From: Camelus dromedarius
Taxonomy: Eukaryota
DNA length: 60,000 bases
Assembly: GCF_036321535.1 (NCBI RefSeq)
Contig: NC_087437.1
Location: 109,370,001-109,430,000 of the forward strand
Direction: 5' to 3'
The notes beneath the pieces are model-generated. The model had not been told where the DNA came from. It saw only the letters and a program-made list of their open reading frames with translations, and ran no database searches. Shown piece by piece: positions 11,568-24,350 of the stretch. The translations under genes were made by a program, and so were the position numbers. Position 1 is the stretch's first letter, and each line of letters starts with the position of its first letter.

Positions 11568-11979
11568 TGTGGTGAGGCCGGAGTGGCCTGTTGTGCTATG
11601 GTGACAGCAGAGTATTTCAATATATGCTAATCCCTTTTGCTGGACTTTTATATGAGGACCAAGAGAAAACAAGTTCATCTCTCTTTAGGGACCCAACCCA
11701 TGAGACTGGAAGTTCAGCAGCTGTCGGCACATGACGGCCTTTTATCATATTCACAGAGGGATGAAGGGAGCCATGTGCAGAGATGAGAAAGAAGATGTAC
11801 AGGGGAGATCAGAGATGAAAAATATCTTAATGGGGTTCAGGTGTCTGCTTCTAGTTATTTCTGGGGTGCAGCTACATCTTTGCCTTTGCATCTCCATAGA
11901 CATATAATAAGTTCCCCTTTTCAAATTAAACTAATTCCATATAGGTTTTTGTTAAATGCAACCAGAGTTGTAACTGACA
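11568..11979 (+). mobile_element. Old MLT1 (K/L-like) MaLR LTR
   Basis: 3' end AATAAGTTCCCCTTTT...TAGGTTTTTGTTAAATGCAACCAGAGTTGTAACTGACA. Confidence 0.55.
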
Positions 11980-12187
11980 TTTTATCTTTATGATTTTTTT
12001 TTTTTTGCTGTAATGCTTAAAAATTTCTCCCTATTCTAAGATTGGAGAAATGTTGCCTAATTTTTTTTTCTGTTGATTTTTAAACATTAAGTATTCTAAT
12101 GGATTTAGAATTTATTTTGTGTATAGTGTGAGGTAACCATCATTTTAAAAATATATAACCAATCATGGAAACATAAATGGATATTCT

Positions 12188-12241
12188 TTTTTTTAAATAT
12201 ATTTTTATTTATTTATAGTTTACAATATTATGGTGTACATT
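12188..12241 (-). mobile_element. Very short L1 3' end insertion with TSD
   Basis: T-rich tail plus TTTACAATATTATGGTGTACA, flanked by AATGGATATTCT (12176-12187) and AATGAATATTCT (12242-12253). Confidence 0.55.
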
Positions 12242-12499
12242 AATGAATATTCTATACTAAAACAAATTGTAAAAATTTAGACAAATGAATAGTAAATCTT
12301 GATTGGAGTTAAGATACATCTCCTGTATCTTTTAGTTTGGCTATGAAGGATAAATAGAATCTTGACATGTACAGAAACAAAGGGAGTATATCATAGGCAG
12401 AGCATTGAAAAAGACTATGAAATTTGGAAAATATTGGCCAATTTGGGACAGATGTTCCTGGAAATAAGTTAAACATTTCCCCTACCTTTTCACCTCCAG

Positions 12500-12678
12500 C
12501 TGAACAGAATTCAGCTGTGGCACCTCTTACTTTTGTATGGTACTAATTTATTATTGTTAGTCACCCCTTTTGAACTATAAGCCTCAACTCTCTAAGTTGT
12601 ATTTATAGTCTCAACAACTGTACAGAGCATTGCACAGAAAAAAGGTGGTCAGTGTATGTTTGTGAAATGGATGAGTAA
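12500..12678 (+). mobile_element. L2 3' end fragment
   Basis: GAACTATAAGC...GCACAG...GGTCAGTGTATGTTTGTGAAATGGATGAGT matches the L2 terminus. Confidence 0.55.
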
Positions 12679-13111
12679 CAGAGTATGAGTTTTTACCAGC
12701 AAGAGAGGCAATGGGGAAACAGCCAAGAGGTTTGCCTGGAATATTAATATGATCTAATCTGGGTTTTAATCAGGTTGTTGTATAATTATAATTCCATAAT
12801 ATATATTTGCAGTGTCTTTAAACTTTTTTCTTTGTTATTTTCTGTGGTTGTTTTCAAACAAGGCAGGTATAATTTGCCTATTACACACATCCTCCCATGG
12901 TTATACTTGGTATTTCAAAGGCCAGTCTCTAATCATAAATACAAAGTACTAGCTAAGAGTAACGATTGATTCTTTTCTGAATATCAAATGCTGAAATTAA
13001 ACAAATGTATTTTGTGTAAGTCATTAAAAATGTGAATCAACCAGGAAGAACAATGAAAAAACAAAAATCAATGTGCATTTGCAATGTAGAAGACATTTCT
13101 GGTTAGCAGCT

Positions 13112-13184
13112 AGGGTGACTAACAATCCTGAGTTGCCCGGGTTGCAGGATTCTCAGTGCTAAGACCAGGACAGTAAGTTGCCCT
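13112..13184. mobile_element. MER94-like hAT-Blackjack MITE
   Basis: AGGGTGACTAAC...CCTGAGTTGCCCGGG...CAGTGCTAAGACCAGGACAG...GTTGCCCT with terminal inverted repeats. Confidence 0.65.
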
Positions 13185-14038
13185 ATAACTTGACCAATAT
13201 GAACATACTGAAGTTTACCAAAATTAGGTGGGTATCTGTGTGCAGGACTGGGTAGTGTAACTCACATTACCTGAAAGCACTGTGATACATTTTATCCTTC
13301 CTATGTTACAAATGGGAGAGCACCTCCGGCAATGTAATTGCAAGGACTGGAGAAAGGACTGAGAAACTTCAGATGTAAAAGTTAACTCTAGCTGTAAATG
13401 CTTTTTATAGCTTTGATTCTAATTTCCACTGGGATTCTTTATAAATAAATCTGTCTGTCTCTCAACTTTTTAACTTACCAAACAGAGCTGATAACGTGAC
13501 ATGACAACAGAGATATGATAATGCTGAATGACTGAGAGCACTCTGCAAGCACTGTGCCAGTTTTCCACTGATGCCTAATCTTCTCTGAAGATGGAATTAG
13601 TCAGACATTTTATTATTTTTATTAGAATTCAGAGTCCAGCTTTTCATAGGACAAGGGATAGTGAATTGTAGCTTGTGATTGGATGAACTCTTAAATGTTT
13701 CTGGGGATTGGAGATCATTGATTACCTTATCTCTCATAAATGTCCTGTAGAGCTGGGTAGGAATCCTTTCTCGTTGCCATGGAACTCAATAGGATTCTGG
13801 AATGCATGACAGGGTGGAGACACTTGTTCATAATGAGCACCATAAATTGAGCTAAAATTGCATTCAATTTCATAGCACAGGAGGATTCACTAATGACTGC
13901 TGATGGTGGGTCTGAGAGTCCGCAATGACCCTGGGACCATCATAATCAACTGATGAAAGCTAGCTCAAGGGGAAAAGGAACTCACGCCATCCTCTGTGTG
14001 CTAGGGTGAGGAGAGAGGGGACCATAAGACTCAGGAGC

Positions 14039-14371
14039 CAGGGTTGGGTCTAGGGTGAGGCAAGTGAGGCATTCATTTAGGATATACAATTTAAGGGGAC
14101 ACCAAAAAAGTCTGGAATCAAGAAAAGTAGTATTTCAGTTCAATATTTTAAAAATCTAAAAGTAATGCAAAAAAAAAAAGTCTATGTATAACTGAAAAAA
14201 TTGTGCTCTACACTGGAAATTGACACAACATTGTAAACTGACTGTAACTCAATACAAAAAATGTTAACAAAAATCTACGATGAATAAAATACCTAGGCTG
14301 CCGATAAAGTCAGGATCCTTAAGGTGCAGTTCAAGCCCACGCTCACTCACCTTCTCCTAACCCTGCGCCTG
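14039..14371 (+). mobile_element. MER96B-like hAT-Tip100 element, interrupted by an L1 tail
   Basis: CAGGGTTGGGTCTAGGGTGAGGCAAGTGAGGCA start; CTCACTCACCTTCTCCTAACCCTGCGCCTG end (TIRs). Confidence 0.8.
14187..14279 (+). mobile_element. Lineage-specific L1 3' terminal fragment inserted in MER96B
   Basis: ACACTGGAAATTGACACAACATTGTAAACTGACTGTAACTCAATA plus A-tail, flanked by AAAAAGTCTATG / AAAAATCTACG. Confidence 0.75.
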
Positions 14372-14574
14372 CCCAGGTCTATACTGAGGGAGCTGTGGGC
14401 CACAGTCACTTTGCAGAGTAGCCTTCTCACCAATGTGTTGTTGGTTGTAGATTCAGCCATCTGGAGTGTAGTGTGTCTACCTCAGTGATGAGGTAAAAAA
14501 GTTAACAGCACTTCCCAATATATCTCCTTTCTACTGGTGTCGCTTAGGCACTAAAGATAGATTTCTTATATAAA

Positions 14575-15050
14575 TTAAGCACTCTCTAAGTGCCAACCAC
14601 TGTGCTAAGGGCTTTATGTTATTATTTACATTATTATCTTACTATAATCCCTTCAGTTAATTATTTTATGAGATATATACTGCCATCCCTAGTTTCCTTT
14701 TTTAAAATTGAAGTGTAGTCAGTTATAATGTATCAGTTACAATGTGTCTATTTCTGATGTACAACATAATGTTTCAGTCATACATATATTCATTTTCATA
14801 TTCTTTTTCATTATAGGTTACTATAAGATATTGAATATAGTTCCCTGTTCTACACAGAATAAATTTGTTATTTTTATCTATTTTTATATGTAGTATTAAT
14901 ATTTGCAAATCTGATCTCTATTTTCTGGAAAAGCAAACTAAGGCTTAGAGATGATAAACAGCTTTCCCACTGCCACATATCTGGTAAATATTGGTAAATA
15001 TTAGAACTTTGTTGGAATTGCGCCAGTATGGTTACAAAACCCTTATTTTC
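14575..15050 (-). mobile_element. MIR SINE split by an L1 tail
   Basis: CACTGTGCTAAGGGCTTTA... before the L1; AAACTAAGGCTTAGAGATGATAAACAGCTTTCCCA...CCACA after it. Confidence 0.65.
14698..14912 (-). mobile_element. Lineage-specific L1 3' UTR fragment
   Basis: TTGAAGTGTAGTCAGTTA...TATAGGTTACTATAAGATATTGAATATAGTTCCCTG...TTTGCAAATCT; reverse complement of the 5908 tail. Confidence 0.85.
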
Positions 15051-18000
15051 ATTTATTACTCATCCATTGACCCCCTAAAAGCACAGAACTAAGTGAAGTA
15101 ACTAAATGCTTATAAGCAATTGCCCATGTGTATCTGACACAAATGACTAAATAAAAAAAGAAACATGCAGAAACCTAGTTTGCCAGGAAGTATATCCTGA
15201 GAAATTCACTGAAGGCAAGAACAGAATTGCTGTTGGTGTGTGCCATTGTTAAGAAAGTGACAGCAAGAGGCACGATTGTTAATAAAGTGATGGTGAGAGA
15301 CTGGGTAACTCAGGGTCTCAGCTTTATTGCCAGGTTTATGACTCAACAGTGCATCAAAGAGATGTCATGGATCTTGTATCTTGCAAAAACTTTACTTGCA
15401 CGATGATTTTATTATACATTGGACAGAGCTTTGAAAGAAGCAGGTATCAGTAGCACTTGGCAAAGCATGATCACGTGTGTTGATTCCTGACCACACAGAC
15501 CCACAGTGGGTGAGTTGTCTGCTTTGAGAATAAGTATACAGTCCAAGGGCATGATAGGAGATGCTCTGTTACTGGGCATTCCTGTGCTCTGGGTCTACAG
15601 TAATCCCATCTCAGAATCTTGTCACTCAAAGACACCCTTTAAATTTCTGCAGGGAGCAGTTGGGAAAGAGAAATGGAAAGCCTGTTTCTGTAAAAAAAAA
15701 ATTATAATGTACAAAACTCACAGCGGTATTTCTTTTGCCTTTGCACTTTGCTCCAACATCTGTTCAAGTCAGAATAGATTTTACTTTGGAAATAAAAAAG
15801 TGGATACAAAATTCATGCCTTTGAGCCAGTGTTTATACTAGAAAGGTATATAAAAGTGCTTACTTTATCCAGATGGAATTTCTTTTCCTAAGGATAGTGT
15901 ATTTTATGGATTTTCAGCTTCATTCACTCAAGATTTGAGGAATTGTTTCTTGAGACTATTTTAAGAGGCCATTGACAAGGCAAGATCTTAACACTTCTGG
16001 GATTTTTGATGGATAAAGTTATAGTTTTCAAATTTAGAGAACAGAGTTTTTACCTTCATTGCCAGGAATTGTTACATTTCTTTGTCAGAATATAGTTTTT
16101 GTAAAATTAAGCCTGCATTCTTTCAGAACTTAAAATATGAAAGTTTTAAATATTCAACTAAGTCTCAACGAAGAAAGATAAGAACCTGTGTTCAAGAGAT
16201 TTTTCCCTCCAGCCAGCATGGTCTTCTGTCCCTGTCAGAAACTGTCACTCTGAAAGCTCTGCAGTATGTCCCCACACCCTTTGACAACAGCTTCTGTTCT
16301 ACGTGAAAATCCCATTATGCTCATTAAGCAATGGAATTCACTTTTTTCCCAAGGGGATTAGTTGCAACTAAGAGAGACATTTCCCAAAGGACCGATTGGC
16401 ATAATTCACATTTCAAGACTTTGAAGCAACCTGTTCCTCTTTCGTTTTAAAGAAAAAAAGGTTATTTATCTTGATTTACTTACATAATGTATTATTACAT
16501 AGACTATAATTGATTTTACAAATACAGGTTAAAAGCTAATTATATCAGAGATTCATCCCTGAATTTTCTTCTCTTTCATTTAGAAAATACTTTAATGTAG
16601 AAAAGAACCCTGAGCTACTCAAGAATTCACTGAAATTTGGACATCCTGGTTTCTAATCAGATTTCTTCTGATCGCGTTTCTCCATTTTAGTCTATATTTT
16701 AAAAGAAGTAGAAAAGAAAATTATTTATCCAGATAATAGAACTCATACTATGGCTCCCCAGACCCCAAGGTATGTTGATCATAACGGTTATATCATTGAA
16801 TGTAAATATGGTTTGTAGTTTTTGAAACAGTGTGTACCTACTTCTCAGTGTGTTCACATTTCAGGGTGTACATATTACTTTATTGTTTTATTTTCTATAC
16901 AAAATATAGCTTCTTTTACATTCAGCCATTTGGATTCTACTGGCATATTTCCCAGTTTACAAACTAGTGTCAGTTATGACATATCAGCCTATCTCTGATT
17001 CAGGAAAGCCCTTCTACCCCTCAGTGCCTCTGCTAATGTACATGCTTCTGGGGTCCAGTTCCTTTCCATTGGAAACTGAATTTGGGTTGTTCATTTGAGG
17101 TCGATAGAGCAACTGTGGAATGTAAGCAGCAGTGGTGTATGGATCTTATTCTAGTAGAGTGGACTGAAACTCCCAAGCACTCTCTGAAACAGCTGGTGGG
17201 CTCCTGGAACTTCAGGGACACCTCTGAGGGATGAGAACTTAGCATAACCTGCAAGATGAATCTGCAGACAATTACCCTACCATGCCCCCTGCTGGAACAT
17301 TCTTATCTGGCTCAGAATCACGTCCATGAGAAATCACTACTTCCCTCGTTAAACACAAGCATCCCAGAACCGCTGTTAGAGTTCACATCCCAATGATATT
17401 ACAAGAACTTCATCATTCTTACTAAGTTGCACATCTTTACTTTGTAGATATTTTTGTGAATTTATAGACATTTACCAGATAGAATATCTGATAAAATATA
17501 AGGCTTTGGGGGACATTATTGATGAAAAGGCCACGGAGACCTGTCATCTTCCCTTAAAATGTTCACAGCAGGTTGCATGTAGAATGTCCAAAGCTGTGGA
17601 GGAGACCTCTAAGTTCCTTCCACCCGAAGGGCTTTGGAAAGCTGAGACGACAATGGGCAAGACATGCAAGTGACTAAGAAGAAATTCATGCATGGGAGAA
17701 AAAGAATCAAAGAGAGTAGCAAAAAAAGTACACATGAAAAAGTGAAAAATGAAGAAGAGCCAGAAAAGAGTCACATACTATGTTCCCTGAGTGAAGAACA
17801 TATAAACAAGCACATAAGCAAACAAATAAAAAGTGCTTTAGAAGCAGGATGTCCCAGGCTCAACAACCCGCAAGACTTCTGACTGGACCAAGAAAAAACA
17901 CTATGTACTCAGGACTAGTGAAATTGTCAAGTGTGTTAGTGGTTATTTGGTATGTCTTCCATCTACCCTTGTATTGTCTCTCCAAATGCCCACACATTCT

Positions 18001-18081
18001 TCCTGACTCCCCTGCTCTGTTGCAAGGAATACAACAGACAAACTTGGAGCTGCATGATGTGAGTGGGAGGCATGGAAGAGG

Positions 18082-18765
18082 CTGCCACATGATCCAGCAA
18101 TTCCACTTCTGGGTATATGTCAGAAGGAATCGAAATAAGCATCTCAAAGAGATACTTGCACACCTGTGTTCACTGCAGCATATTCACTATAGCCAAGATA
18201 TAGAAACAACCTAAATGTCCTTTGACAAATAAATAGGTAAAGCAATTAAGCAATATATTTATACAATAAAATATTATTCAGCCTTTAAAAAAAGAAAAAA
18301 ATCCTGTTATTTGTAAGACTCTGGAGGTCATTTTGCTAAATGAAGTAAGCCAGGCAGAGAAAGACAAATACTGCACAGTGTCACGTATACATGGAATCAG
18401 AAAGAAAAAAATAAAAGACATCTAATTAGAAGTCCAGAGAATAGAATGGTGATTGCCAGGGGCTGGGGGAGGGGAGAAAACAGGGTGATACAGTCCAAAT
18501 AGTATGGATTTTCCAACATGAGAAGAATAAGTTCAGAAGATCTAATGCACATCGTGGCAACTAAGGTATCATTGAAAGCTGCTGAGAGCAGATCTTAAGC
18601 AGTCTCACCATGCCATGAAGTTAACTACATGACATGACGGATGTGTTAATTATCTTGCTCTTGGTAATCATTCTCAACATATAGTTATATCAAATCATCT
18701 AGTTGCACACTTTAAATATATACAATTATATTTGTCTATTATTCCTCAATAAAGTTTTCCAAAAA
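18082..18765 (+). mobile_element. L1MA/L1MB-like LINE-1: ORF2 end plus 3' UTR
   Basis: GATCCAGCAATTCCACTTCTGGGTATAT, AAACAACCTAAATGTCC, GAAGTAAGCCAGGCAGAGAAAGACAAATACTGCA; terminal CCTCAATAAAG. Confidence 0.9.
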
Positions 18766-19814
18766 GAGGCTTTCCGTGATAAAATTAATAAAGATAGTTA
18801 TCTTTCCTCAGAGAAAAGGTGAAAAAGACTTATTTTCTAAGCAATTCAGGTTCCTCAAAAGGCCCACCGATAATTAGGTTTAATTAAAATCAGCCTCTGA
18901 CCTCAGAAGGGCTTGGGTGGCTCACCCTGGCACAATGACATGTTCTGGGCTGTGCTGTTCTCTCTGTGGTCCTTCCTGGCAGCGGCTGCTCTAATTAGAA
19001 GTCTAGACATTCAGCAAGACAGGGATGACCAGTGGCAACTTTGGCTGCTTCACTTCAAACAATGCCTGATTGGAGAATGTTATCAGAAAGCTGAATAAAA
19101 AAAGCAAGACTGATCCTCATATTTTCCTTTTTAGCCATTGTAAAGATTTAAAGAATGAAAAATACGTATGATTGCATAACTTGTATGAAAATCATCTGAA
19201 GGAGAGTTAGACAACAGAAATACTATTAATTCTCTATTTCCCAGCAGCTTACTCTGCTGGTTGCCAACATGCCCTTTGCTACCCTCCAGTCACATGAGAG
19301 GAAAAAAGAAAAGTTGAACTGAGATTTGTCAAGAAACTGCCTAATTATATTGAGATTCTATGACTAAAAAAATGTCTAGAAATATATTCAATGAAATGTT
19401 AATAGCAGTTAATTTTAGGAAATTAGATTATAGATGATTTTAATTTTTTTCTTTATATCTCAATCTTAAATTTTCTTCAAATAGCATCAACGACTTGGTA
19501 ATAGAATGTCCTAAAAATATTTATTTGCTAGATGCATTGTTTGGATATTTTCTCCTTTCAATGAAAAAAAATTATTCTATTTATTCCTTTAATTTTGAAA
19601 TTTGAGAACGCTAAACTAATCTTCAGCAAATAAGTTGAAATATTAACCAATGAAATTTTATCCTCATTATAGAAGTGTCTCGTATAGAATCTTAACCCTT
19701 AAATTTATTCCAATAATTTATTTTTAAAGAAAAAGTCTATTGTTTAATTTTTAATTTTGTTTTACAGATTTGGTAAACTATTGGCCTTGATTTTTGTTAT
19801 CAGTAGTTTTAGAA

Positions 19815-20004
19815 TAATTTTCCTCCAGTTTCTCGGATGAAAAGAATCATAGGCATGGGGAAAAAATGCTTTATTAAAAACACAAAAGAGATAAACGGAT
19901 TCCCAGAATCTCCATGTGAGCGACTCAGAAGTTTGTTTTTTGTTTGTTAATTTGTTTTAATAAGCTCCTCAGTTGATTCTTATCAGAGAAGTTGGGAAGC
20001 TCTG
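19815..20004. mobile_element. MER5-like hAT-Charlie MITE
   Basis: AGAATCA...TTATTAAAAA...GATTCCCAG...TTTTAATAAGCTCCTCAGTTGATTCT...GTTGGGAAGCTCTG. Confidence 0.5.
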
Positions 20005-22699
20005 TTTCAGGGTGCAAGTTTCCTCATGTTGGAACCGTCTGTAAGCATCTTCACAGACCATGCACATGGAACAATGGACCAGCCTTTATAAATATTCCTG
20101 GGGCTGGATAGTGGAATGATTGTACTCCTGGTATTTTTACTCCTTTCTTTTGTTCTAACTACAATATTGTTTTTACTCTGTCTATACTTTCTAAGAAGAA
20201 GTACAGAAGCAGCTCTATACAAAGAATTGCCCTTTCTTTCTTAGCATTAGCCTTGTGGTATCACTGGTATGTAAATGAAAGTAGATGCAGAGTAACAGTT
20301 TGATCCATAGGTCTTATCCTTCAATGTCCACACACAAACCAACGTAATCAGAAATAATTTTCTTAAGATTCACTTGGGCTACAAACACAGCAGAAGATAG
20401 CGTTAACATGAATATACCCTTAGCCACCAAACCAACACTTACGGCCAAGCAATTAACCAGATAACTCCTCTAGTACAAAGTCAGTCAAAATGGCTGTGTT
20501 AATGTCCAACATTTTGCAACTGACTCATTTTTATGATGTGGATAATTATAATGCAATTACACACTGTTTAAAAAAAAAAAAAAAGAGCCTACATCGCGGG
20601 TACTTCTTGTGTTTCAGGAGAGAGTTAAGTCAGGTGTCTGAGGTTTGAGTCTTGGTCCTCTGGACAAATTATCAGTCTGGCAGGATTCATTTCTTCATCA
20701 GCTGAAGGCTGTTTATATATTTGGAATTCCACATTCTCGTCTTCATTAGTGAATCCTACAGCATGGAGTGAAAACAGACTGCACCCCGCCCCCCACCATT
20801 TACAGCTTTTATGGAAGTGTTAAAATATGCAAGAACTGGGAGTACTTTAGTTGGAAGCCAAACGGATTCTACAACCAAATATGGGTGAGATGTTTTTATG
20901 AGACCGTTGACTTCTTTTCAAAGAACACATTATATATTTTTTTAGAAGGCTGCATTTTCTCAGTAATGATTTAAAAATACTTAGCTCACATTGATGAAAT
21001 AAATACTTTCCCAGTGATGTGGAACAATTTGATAGAAGACCATATGGGCTCTAATTCTTATGCATAATAAGGCCTGAATTAAGGGGCTACAGGAGCCCTA
21101 AGTAAGTGCTTCTTTTAACATTCTCGCTTTGTGGGAGCACATAATGTCTTCTTAATGCATTTTTTTTCTCAATTGAATTTTCTTCGTTTTTTCCTGGAGG
21201 TTTTAAAGTAGAAACCTGGCATTCAGTATTTAATTCCATTTTCATGTTTGTTACATGATTTTTCATCGACTTCAGTGGAATTCCTTCACAAAGCTACCAA
21301 AACTTTGGCCACTTTGTCACCTATAATAAAACTCTACTGCCACATGAGGTGTTTAAAATTATTAATTACGTTTTATTCAAGAGTCTGTTCAGCGAACACC
21401 CCAGCTGGAAAAATATGTTCTCATCAAATGCTCCAGCTGCAGGAGATTGCAAATAAGGTGACTGTCTCCAACAGCCTTCAAATAAGAAATAAGAAACTGA
21501 AAGCATAGTAAATATCATAAGTACCATGAAAAATGGCCCTGGCACATGCTAACAGATCACTTCTAATATGTAAACATCAGAGAGTAAGCAACAACACATC
21601 AGTGCTGCTTTTCCACATCAAGGGAAAAGGATGAGTGACTCACTGTGCTTTACCTTTTCCAACTTTCAGGTGTCTTCCTTGGCAAAAAGAACTTGAAATC
21701 ACCAGGGCGATTTTTCTCTTTGATGGCTTTGTGGCTCAATGAGGCAAAAAGCATATAAGTTATTTAAATACAAATGGATTGATAAATCTCCATGTCATGC
21801 TGGAGCACAGCATGAGGGACGCAGCTGAGGTTTTAAAGCCTATGCTCCTCTCCCTCAACAGTTTATTGTAGAAAAACAGAGAGACTGCATACCACCAGGT
21901 GTAGCCGTAACACAGTACTATTAGAGCTTTAGCTTCATTGTCAGAAAGTTCATTTAAATGTCCATAAAACCATCTTGATACAAAGAATGAACTGTAATAG
22001 CTTATAATTATGATAGTGCATAAAGTATGCCTCACAACCCATTACAAAGCCATAATTTTAGCATAAAAACCATAAACCAGGAGAACAAAACTTGAGAACT
22101 TCAAAATAAAATTATAGCTTTTGTAAGAGCCCAACAGAGCATACCTTTTTTTTCTCCTCCACAATAAATGATTGTCTCATCTGATTCCCACATGCCAAAC
22201 AAGGGTGGATTTCTGATTTTTCAGACTTTACACGATAGCACTTTCCCTAAGGTATCTTCGAACTGGAGCATTAATACATTTTCAAAAGAGATTTTAATAC
22301 CCTTTAAAATGAGATCTGGTTCCAGATGGAAGGATGGTTATTATTCACTCATGTCAAAATGGGGAAATTAGGTATTTTGATCATCAAACCGATGCAGTAG
22401 GGTTGAATGAGATTTATTAGTCTTTATGTGAACAGAGGAAAGTGAATATTTAAGGATTATATGATATGAAAATAAGCAAGTTCTCAATGCCAGAATTTTT
22501 AACCTTTTACCGCTTTCTTGATCCATTTTTGGGGTTACTTTAAAGCACTCTAGTTTTTCTCATAGTTATATGGATGATACACATTTCACATGACATTAAC
22601 AAGCCAAAGAGCTCTTTAAATCTAACCATACATATTTCTATATATAACCTAAAACTGAAAGTCAAAATATGCATACTTCAAAATGTGCTTTTAAAACAT

Positions 22700-23170
22700 A
22701 TCATTTGTTATTATCATTGTTGAAATAATATTATACATAAAGAATAAAATTAAAATCCCCTATAATCCCATCACCAAGAGGTACATTTGAGTGTATCTTT
22801 TGGATATATATTTTCAAAACATTGTTAAATTCTATGTATAGTTTAATATAATTTATTTTTCAGAAAAACATTATATTGTGATCATTTTCATGTCATTAGC
22901 AATCATCTGATATCCCATTTAATAGTTGTGTAAAAACTTTATTTATTATAATTTATCTAATTCTTCTTATGTACAAATATTTAGGTTGCTTAACAGTTTT
23001 CTGGTATTACTTATAGATGCGTACATATTACCTAAATCTATCTACTGCTCTAATTATTATTTTAAAATTAATTTTTAGAAGTGAAACAGAAGATAAGGGC
23101 ATATTTTTAGATCTTAATACAATTTGCTAAATTATAATGACAGATTTGGAAATTGTTTATCACACTGGTT
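22700..23170 (-). mobile_element. Old L1ME-like 3' fragment
   Basis: AAAATCCCCTATAATCCCATCACCAAGAG, TATTTAGGTTGCTT and TTTTTAGAAGTGAAA motifs. Confidence 0.55.
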
Positions 23171-23329
23171 TTTTGAAAATGAATTTTCAGACATAGAAAA
23201 TATTAGAATTTTCTCTAATTGTAAAACATGATGTAATGGTACTATATATTGACAATGACTTCAGAATCCTCTCTAATCTATGATATCTGGAGTAGAAACT
23301 ACTGTCTTTGCTCTAGTCCCGTGGGATCC

Positions 23330-24350
23330 AAGCCCCAAGATGGGTCATTTGGCCAGGCCACCCGTTGTGGGAATGCAAAGAAGAAAGCCTGAGAGCATGG
23401 ATGTGGGGAGAGAAAAGTTGGTAAGTGAAGGTAGGTGAAAGTTAAGGGAATTCACACCAAGTAGTTTCCATTTTTCTCTTCAAAATATGAGATTAGGTCT
23501 TTCCTTAATGAGTGAACGCCAGGGAAGAGTAGGAGGCTTGAGGTATAAATGTCTATAATTGCCCAGGTAGACGGGTAGAGGTCAGGACACAGACCGTATC
23601 AGTGACAAATCCAGGCATGCAGCATTGAGGTACCAGCTGAGGTTCAAAGCCATAACACTGTAATAGCATCCACAGTCATATTTTCTCCCACAGTGATTGG
23701 CTACTCAGGGACGAAGGATAGATTCAAAGATGCAGGTTTGGGAAACTGCAGGACACATCTGATGGAAGGTCAGGATTAGCAAGTTTTAGTGAACCAGGGG
23801 GTGGAAATTTGACATGAAGGAGATTGGGGTCTAGGTTGAACAAGGAAGAAAATAAGAGTATAATGAATCATTAGCTTGGAGATGAAGGAAGGGCCAAAAG
23901 ATGTGGACTGCTGGACAAGATCCAAGAGCAAGTGCTGTGAGGGTGAAAAAGTGAGAGTTAACCCTGTCCATCATATTTCAGTGCTGTAGATTATTACATC
24001 ACACTGTGGGTGCAGAGGTGTATCATAATAGTTCTTAAATGGAGGATGCAATATGTCAATTAGATCATTCAATCCTTCAGTGAACAAGCAATTACTGAAC
24101 ATTTACCATGTGTCAGGCATGATTCTAGGTTCTGGGGGTAACCAAACAAAGCCCTTAGCTTCATGGAGCTAATATTCGAAAGGAATAGGGGAGATAAACA
24201 ATGAACAGAATAAATGCATAAAATATGCATCTGCCATAAAATATCGCAGATGGTGTTAAGGATTCTGGAGAAGGGAACAGGGAGTATTGAGATAAGAGGT
24301 GCTTTACAATTTTAAGCACCACGGACAAGGAAAAAGTGTTAGGATGATGT
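23330..24350 (-). mobile_element. L2 fragments
   Basis: ATTTACTGAACATTTACCATGTGTCAGGCATGATTCTAGGTTCTGGGG and purine-rich L2 body motifs (GTTTCCATTTTTCTC). Confidence 0.6.
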
